A stretch of 64,000 nt of DNA from positions 1-64,000 of the forward strand of contig MCFE01000486.1 in assembly GCA_002104905.1 (NCBI GenBank). Reading direction: 5' to 3'. This DNA comes from Basidiobolus meristosporus CBS 931.73. Its lineage: Eukaryota > Fungi > Basidiobolomycota. Position numbers and translations under genes: made by a program. Shown here in pieces: positions 61,498-64,000 of this stretch. The stretch's first letter is position 1. Each line of letters begins with the position of its first letter. The notes below the pieces were generated by a model. That model was not told the DNA's origin. It searched no databases and saw only the letters and a program-made list of their open reading frames with translations.

Positions 61498-64000
61498 TTG
61501 TGCCCTTTACATGTTCAGCACTCTCGTGTTGCTCGTCACCAAGTGTAATGCGTTTACACCGTTTTTGCGAACTACCATCAATAAATTCAGGTATCACGTG
61601 TTGCACCGACAATTACGATCAAACTTTTTATGAGCGGCGTTTTAGCCTGTGCTGGTTAGATCACATTTTCTGTCTGATATTGGCAATTGAAGGCCTGGTC
61701 GTTATTTCCATCATTGCCATATATGGTTATTTCAGTTGACTTTCTGGGTTCCGCAGTGTGCCAAATAAATTTGGAGCCAGCCAATGACCACCGAATATCT
61801 GTGTAGATCTGTGTACGATTTCCGGATCGGGTTTTTGATCAACTACTTAGCTCTAAGATGGTATTTGAGATTATATCGTGTATCACTCCCGACTAGCTGG
61901 ATTTCAGTAGATTGGTCTCAGGGTGCATTGCAGGCAATTTTATGAAAAATATGGCATGCACATGTGGTTAGTATATCCTTCGGATGATAAAACGTATCCA
62001 TTGAAACGCTTCTATTTGTAGTTTGACTTGAATATTATCACAAGTTTCCATGTATCACCACTCAATTCGGTAACTGGTTACCATATGTTGCGCGTCGGAT
62101 ATCTCGATTACCGATTGATGGAAATGATAGGCGGTGGCTTTGATGCCCGCTAACTCAGACTCGGCACTATGCCTCTCCTTGACAATTGAGGTAGTGTAGA
62201 CAATATCTTTACCCACCTTGAGCATGCATTTTGGTCTGGGCTTCCAGAATCGCACTTGAAAATTGATTTGGACAGTCTTTACGTCAGTAAAACAATTGTC
62301 ATGGCAGCTTACAGGATATCCGTTCGTTGCTTGAGATGGATTATCACCCATATTTCATCATGATTACTGTCCGAAATAAGTAACAGAGCCACCACGAAAT
62401 TTGGCTTCTACTAAATCATCCAACAGGGATCTTTATTGGTGCTCAAAAGGTTGTTATAGGCCAATTGTAAGCCTTTCCCGTAATCAAAACGTTCATGGTA
62501 CAGTGGTTCAATCGTGAATCTATTGAAGAAAATGTATATTCTAGGTAACTGTGGCAGACAATAGATTCTTGGACTTCATGAGAGCTAATATAGGCTTCAT
62601 ATACCTCTGAGCTGAGTCTAAGGTCCATTTCGTCTTCTAAACGAAAGTCAGTGTGGGTGAATGGCTGTATAGAATTGCCGCTAATGATGATGCTTTACAA
62701 GCCATCCAATCAAATCCTGGAGGTTTCGTTTCTTGCTACGGCTACTTCTGCTTGCGGATGACAAGTATATGTGATCGATTTGTTAATCCATGGACGAATA
62801 TACAGTAAGAAAATTGGGAAGAGATTTTATTTAACGCCACTTCTCAGAGCCCTTTCGAGTGCATTACTGAATGTTGATTTGTACATATATAGCTCAAATA
62901 GGTACTGGTTCAGGTACTTATTTCTTTTAATATATACTTATTAATAGCGCCTGACCGAGTCGCGTCAAAAGGAATCGAAAGAAATGGAGCACTAAGCCAG
63001 GTCCAAGTTAGTAAGCACACCATCGCTATCAAATGAAACATACACTTAGCAGCGTCAGTACTTTGCCGTGTGCGTACGACAGCTTCCTGTTACTAACTGC
63101 TCAATAAAAAACTGAATTAATGTGGTAGAAATAAATTCAGTACCGTTTGAGGCATGACTCAAAATCCGGCAATGTAGTCGACAAAACAGTAAATCCTTCA
63201 TAAAATTCAATCCAGAAAACGATTTGGAAGATGAAAGTATCGGTATTTACAACTGCAAATGAGAGGCTATTCATCTAAATGTTGATCAACAGATTCTGTT
63301 TATCACGCGGCGATCCACCTTGGTAGGTCACCGCCGATGTAGCCAAAAATGACTTTGTTATATGAAATATCATTAGCTCCTCTCAATAACCCATTACCTC
63401 CTTCAGTTATACCCCCACAGCCACTTAACCCTGTCTTGACTCCTTTTCAGCTTAGTAGTCATTTATATAAGCTGTCGCAAAAAGATACCTCTCTTTGTTC
63501 ACTTGTTAAAAAGCTACACATATCGCACTTTGCTTCGTTATTATGAGTTATTGAAATAAAGATTTCACTTTATGGTGACTGTCACCCTCCTACCCTCACT
63601 AAAGACTTCATCACAATGATGCATTTACGGAGCAGCATAGTACTTGTCATCTGAGCACTTCACATGCTTGTGGGAGTGATTACTGTATCTAAATAACCGT
63701 CTAGAATAGAGTTTCCTCTTAAACAACTTGTCTATGCAGCATTTGAGCTGTGTCTTCCCCCAGTCCAACTAACAATGAGAGATAATAAAAAAGCGGTTTT
63801 GCTGATTATATTGCAATATCCCATATCTCCCTGAGAAACCACACTTATCAGCAGCACTTGGTGTGTTTAGTTTTCTCACATATTGTAGCAAAATACTTCG
63901 ACTTGGGGCAAAGCGTTTTTTATGATTCACTGCAATGGCAGTATGATCATCAAATTCTGGTTGAAATGCTACCGCTCCCATCCATTCATGTTGAGCTACT

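Larger units (their letters stand above)
53228..64000. repeat. Giant inverted repeat: left arm 53228-~58430, spacer ~58430-58810, right arm ~58810-64000 (truncated by the window edge)
   Basis: Mirror coordinates sum to about 117227-117235. Six-frame ORFs are duplicated in mirror image with identical translations. Confidence 0.97.

Noticed and set aside
53228-64000. Palindrome as a pure fold-back sequencing artefact
   Set aside because: A unique spacer, indels and up to about 30% divergence near the axis cannot come from one read folding back. The near-identical outer arms still need long-read confirmation.

Overview
Eukaryotic, fungal-type DNA: genes near 50% GC with short GT-AG introns of about 60-70 bp. 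An early-diverging fungus such as Basidiobolus/Zoopagomycota is plausible but is inference only. The window has four compartments. (1) 1-6.7 kb: CpG-depleted transposon graveyard with a CACTA transposase remnant, a 554-bp fold-back element, a decayed Copia copy and several LTRs. (2) 7.1-34.7 kb: dense block of about 14 intron-containing housekeeping genes (PET127, NagD-like HAD, two METTL21-type methyltransferases, ATG14, Mmc1-like, DUS2, F-box/LRR, SNT2, FBXO3-like and hypotheticals). (3) 37-50.5 kb: nest of related Ty1/Copia insertions, including one intact young element (350-bp LTRs, AAATA TSD, half-tRNA-iMet PBS). (4) 51-64 kb: intronless secreted-protein genes and a palindrome of at least 10.8 kb centred near 58.6 kb. 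Arm identity falls stepwise from about 100% at the outer ends to about 65% at the centre. Each arm carries a secreted DUF3472-like + hevein (CBM18) fusion gene. The palindrome, its fusion gene and the CpG-specific decay of older repeats are the most notable items.
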